Below are positions 23,026 through 24,000 of a stretch of DNA of 24,000 nt, piece after piece. Made by a program: the position numbers and the translations under genes. The notes under the pieces were generated by a model, which made no database searches, was not told the DNA's origin, and saw only the letters and a list, made by a program, of their open reading frames with translations. This DNA is from Lichenihabitans sp. GTDB taxonomy: Bacteria; Pseudomonadota; Alphaproteobacteria; Rhizobiales; Beijerinckiaceae. The stretch is taken from NCBI GenBank assembly GCA_965277635.1, contig CBDIDE010000002.1, forward strand, positions 2,451,886 to 2,475,885, in the 5' to 3' direction. The stretch's first letter is position 1. The number at the start of each line of letters is the position of its first letter.

Positions 23026-24000
23026 ATGACTTGGGCTTGGTCGAGCCTTCGCTGGTATGCCGATCGCCTTCTGGCGATGACGCCGCGCGAGGTCGTCCAT
23101 CGGCTGACGGAGGCGGCCGTGCGGCAGGCCTGGCGGTGGCGGCCGGCCGGCTGGGGCATGGCGGCGGCCGTATCCGCCGACCCCTTCCCATCCTTTCCGG
23201 CGATCCGCGCGGCGCTTGCGGCGGCGGGGCGCTCGCCGTCCCCGGCGCTGGCCGATGCGATGGGGCGCATGCAATCCGGCCGCTTCGCGTTTCTGGGCCA
23301 CGACTGGCCGGCGCTGGCGCTGGATCGCGAGGATTTTGGATCGGACCGATCCGACGTCATGACCATGATCGATTCCAAGATGATGAAGCATGATGTCGTC
23401 CGAAAGCGTGTACCGGCTCTTCGGCATCATGCTCTCGAGGCGGCCGCGGGCTTCTGGCTCCACGATCCGATCCACGGAGGGCGCTGGCCGGGGGCGGAGC
23501 GTTCCGCCTTCCAGGTCGACGTCCGCTCGACGGCCGAGGCCCGGGACGGTGCCGCCGCCTCGGCGGCCCGGCCTGGCGACGTCAAATACGTCTGGGAGCC
23601 CAACCGGCTGCAGATGCTGCATCCCGCGGCGGCCGCGCTCGCCGCCGGCGAGCCCTGGGCGATGGGGCGCGCGACGGCCCTCCTGCGGAGCTGGGTCGAC
23701 GCCAATCCGCCGCATCGCGGCGTCAACTGGGTCTCGGGCATCGAGCTCGCCCTGCGCATCGTCAGCCTCGCGCTGCTGGTGGCCGCGGCGGGCCCCGAAG
23801 GCCTGCCGGCCGCCGAGCGGAGCTTCCTGCGGCGGCTGCTTGTGGCCCATGCCCGCCAGCTCGAGGCATTTCCGTCGCTGTTCTCCTCGGCCAACAACCA
23901 TCGCGTCGCGGAGGGGCTCGGCCTCATGGTGGCGGGCCTATTGCTCGCGGACGGGCGGTGGGAAGGGCAGGGCCGCGCCATCCTCGACGAGGAGGCGTTG
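23026..24000 (+). CDS. Heparinase II/III-like family protein (polysaccharide lyase or uronyl C5-epimerase-like); 3' end runs off the right edge
   Basis: This ORF is absent from the track because it has no stop in the window. My translation from ATG 23026 is open for 325 codons to 24000: MTWAWSSLRWYADRLLAMTPREVVHRL...GRFAFLGHDW...FWLHDPIHGGRWPG...GDVKYVWEPNRLQMLHPAAAALAAGEPW...LLRSWVDANPPHRGVNWVSGIELALRIVSLALL...FSSANNHRVAEGLGL. These are the characteristic N-terminal helical-domain motifs of the family. Confidence 0.8.
   Translation, partial: MTWAWSSLRWYADRLLAMTPREVVHRLTEAAVRQAWRWRPAGWGMAAAVSADPFPSFPAIRAALAAAGRSPSPALADAMGRMQSGRFAFLGHDWPALALDREDFGSDRSDVMTMIDSKMMKHDVVRKRVPALRHHALEAAAGFWLHDPIHGGRWPGAERSAFQVDVRSTAEARDGAAASAARPGDVKYVWEPNRLQMLHPAAAALAAGEPWAMGRATALLRSWVDANPPHRGVNWVSGIELALRIVSLALLVAAAGPEGLPAAERSFLRRLLVAHARQLEAFPSLFSSANNHRVAEGLGLMVAGLLLADGRWEGQGRAILDEEAL

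Noticed and set aside
21405-23378. A 657-aa minus-strand ORF overlapping wecB, the promoter region and the heparinase-like gene
   Set aside because: It is out of frame with wecB, antisense to the heparinase-like CDS, and runs through an AT-rich promoter region. The sequence is low-complexity and Arg/Pro-rich.
1-24000. CRISPR arrays, tandem repeats, rRNA or tRNA genes, intact IS elements, toxin-antitoxin pairs or defence-system genes
   Set aside because: Reading both strands, I noticed no regularly spaced direct repeats, no structured-RNA signatures and no gene pairs or domains typical of these. Absence is judged by eye only. A repeat finder, tRNAscan, Infernal and a defence-system HMM scan would be needed for a definitive answer.

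Overview
The window looks like a high-GC proteobacterial chromosome or megaplasmid, possibly from an alphaproteobacterium. That organism guess rests only on protein flavour and is weak. I see three blocks.

(A) 1-7511, visibly lower G+C by eye. This is an amide or N-heterocycle-type catabolic module:
- an SsuA/NMT1-type ABC importer (Tat-signal binding protein plus permease, continuing off the left edge)
- a GntR/FCD regulator
- a DUF3830/cyclophilin-like gene with an apparent N-terminal frameshift
- an Asp/Glu-racemase-superfamily enzyme with a single-Cys, arylmalonate-decarboxylase-like active-site pattern
- an amidase-signature enzyme
- a metal-dependent amidohydrolase

(B) 7599-10131, a patchwork of gene fossils:
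- a badly decayed large-serine-recombinase gene, butted head-on against the 3' remnant of a PfkB sugar-kinase gene
- one intact YhfX-like PLP enzyme gene
- an internally deleted IS256/mutator-family transposase remnant

(C) 10132-24000, about 70% G+C by eye. This is a Wzx/Wzy-type polysaccharide locus built around UDP-ManNAcA synthesis:
- WecB, WecC and a GT26 WecG/TagA-like transferase
- two GT4 transferases
- a Wzx-like flippase and a Wzy-like polymerase
- a CapK/PaaK-like adenylate-forming enzyme
- a secreted GH5 glycanase
- a 495-aa two-domain protein of unknown function
- a heparinase II/III-like protein that runs off the right edge

The many long ORFs in the six-frame track that lie antisense to these genes are high-GC artefacts. 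I found no rRNA, tRNA, CRISPR array or intact mobile element.
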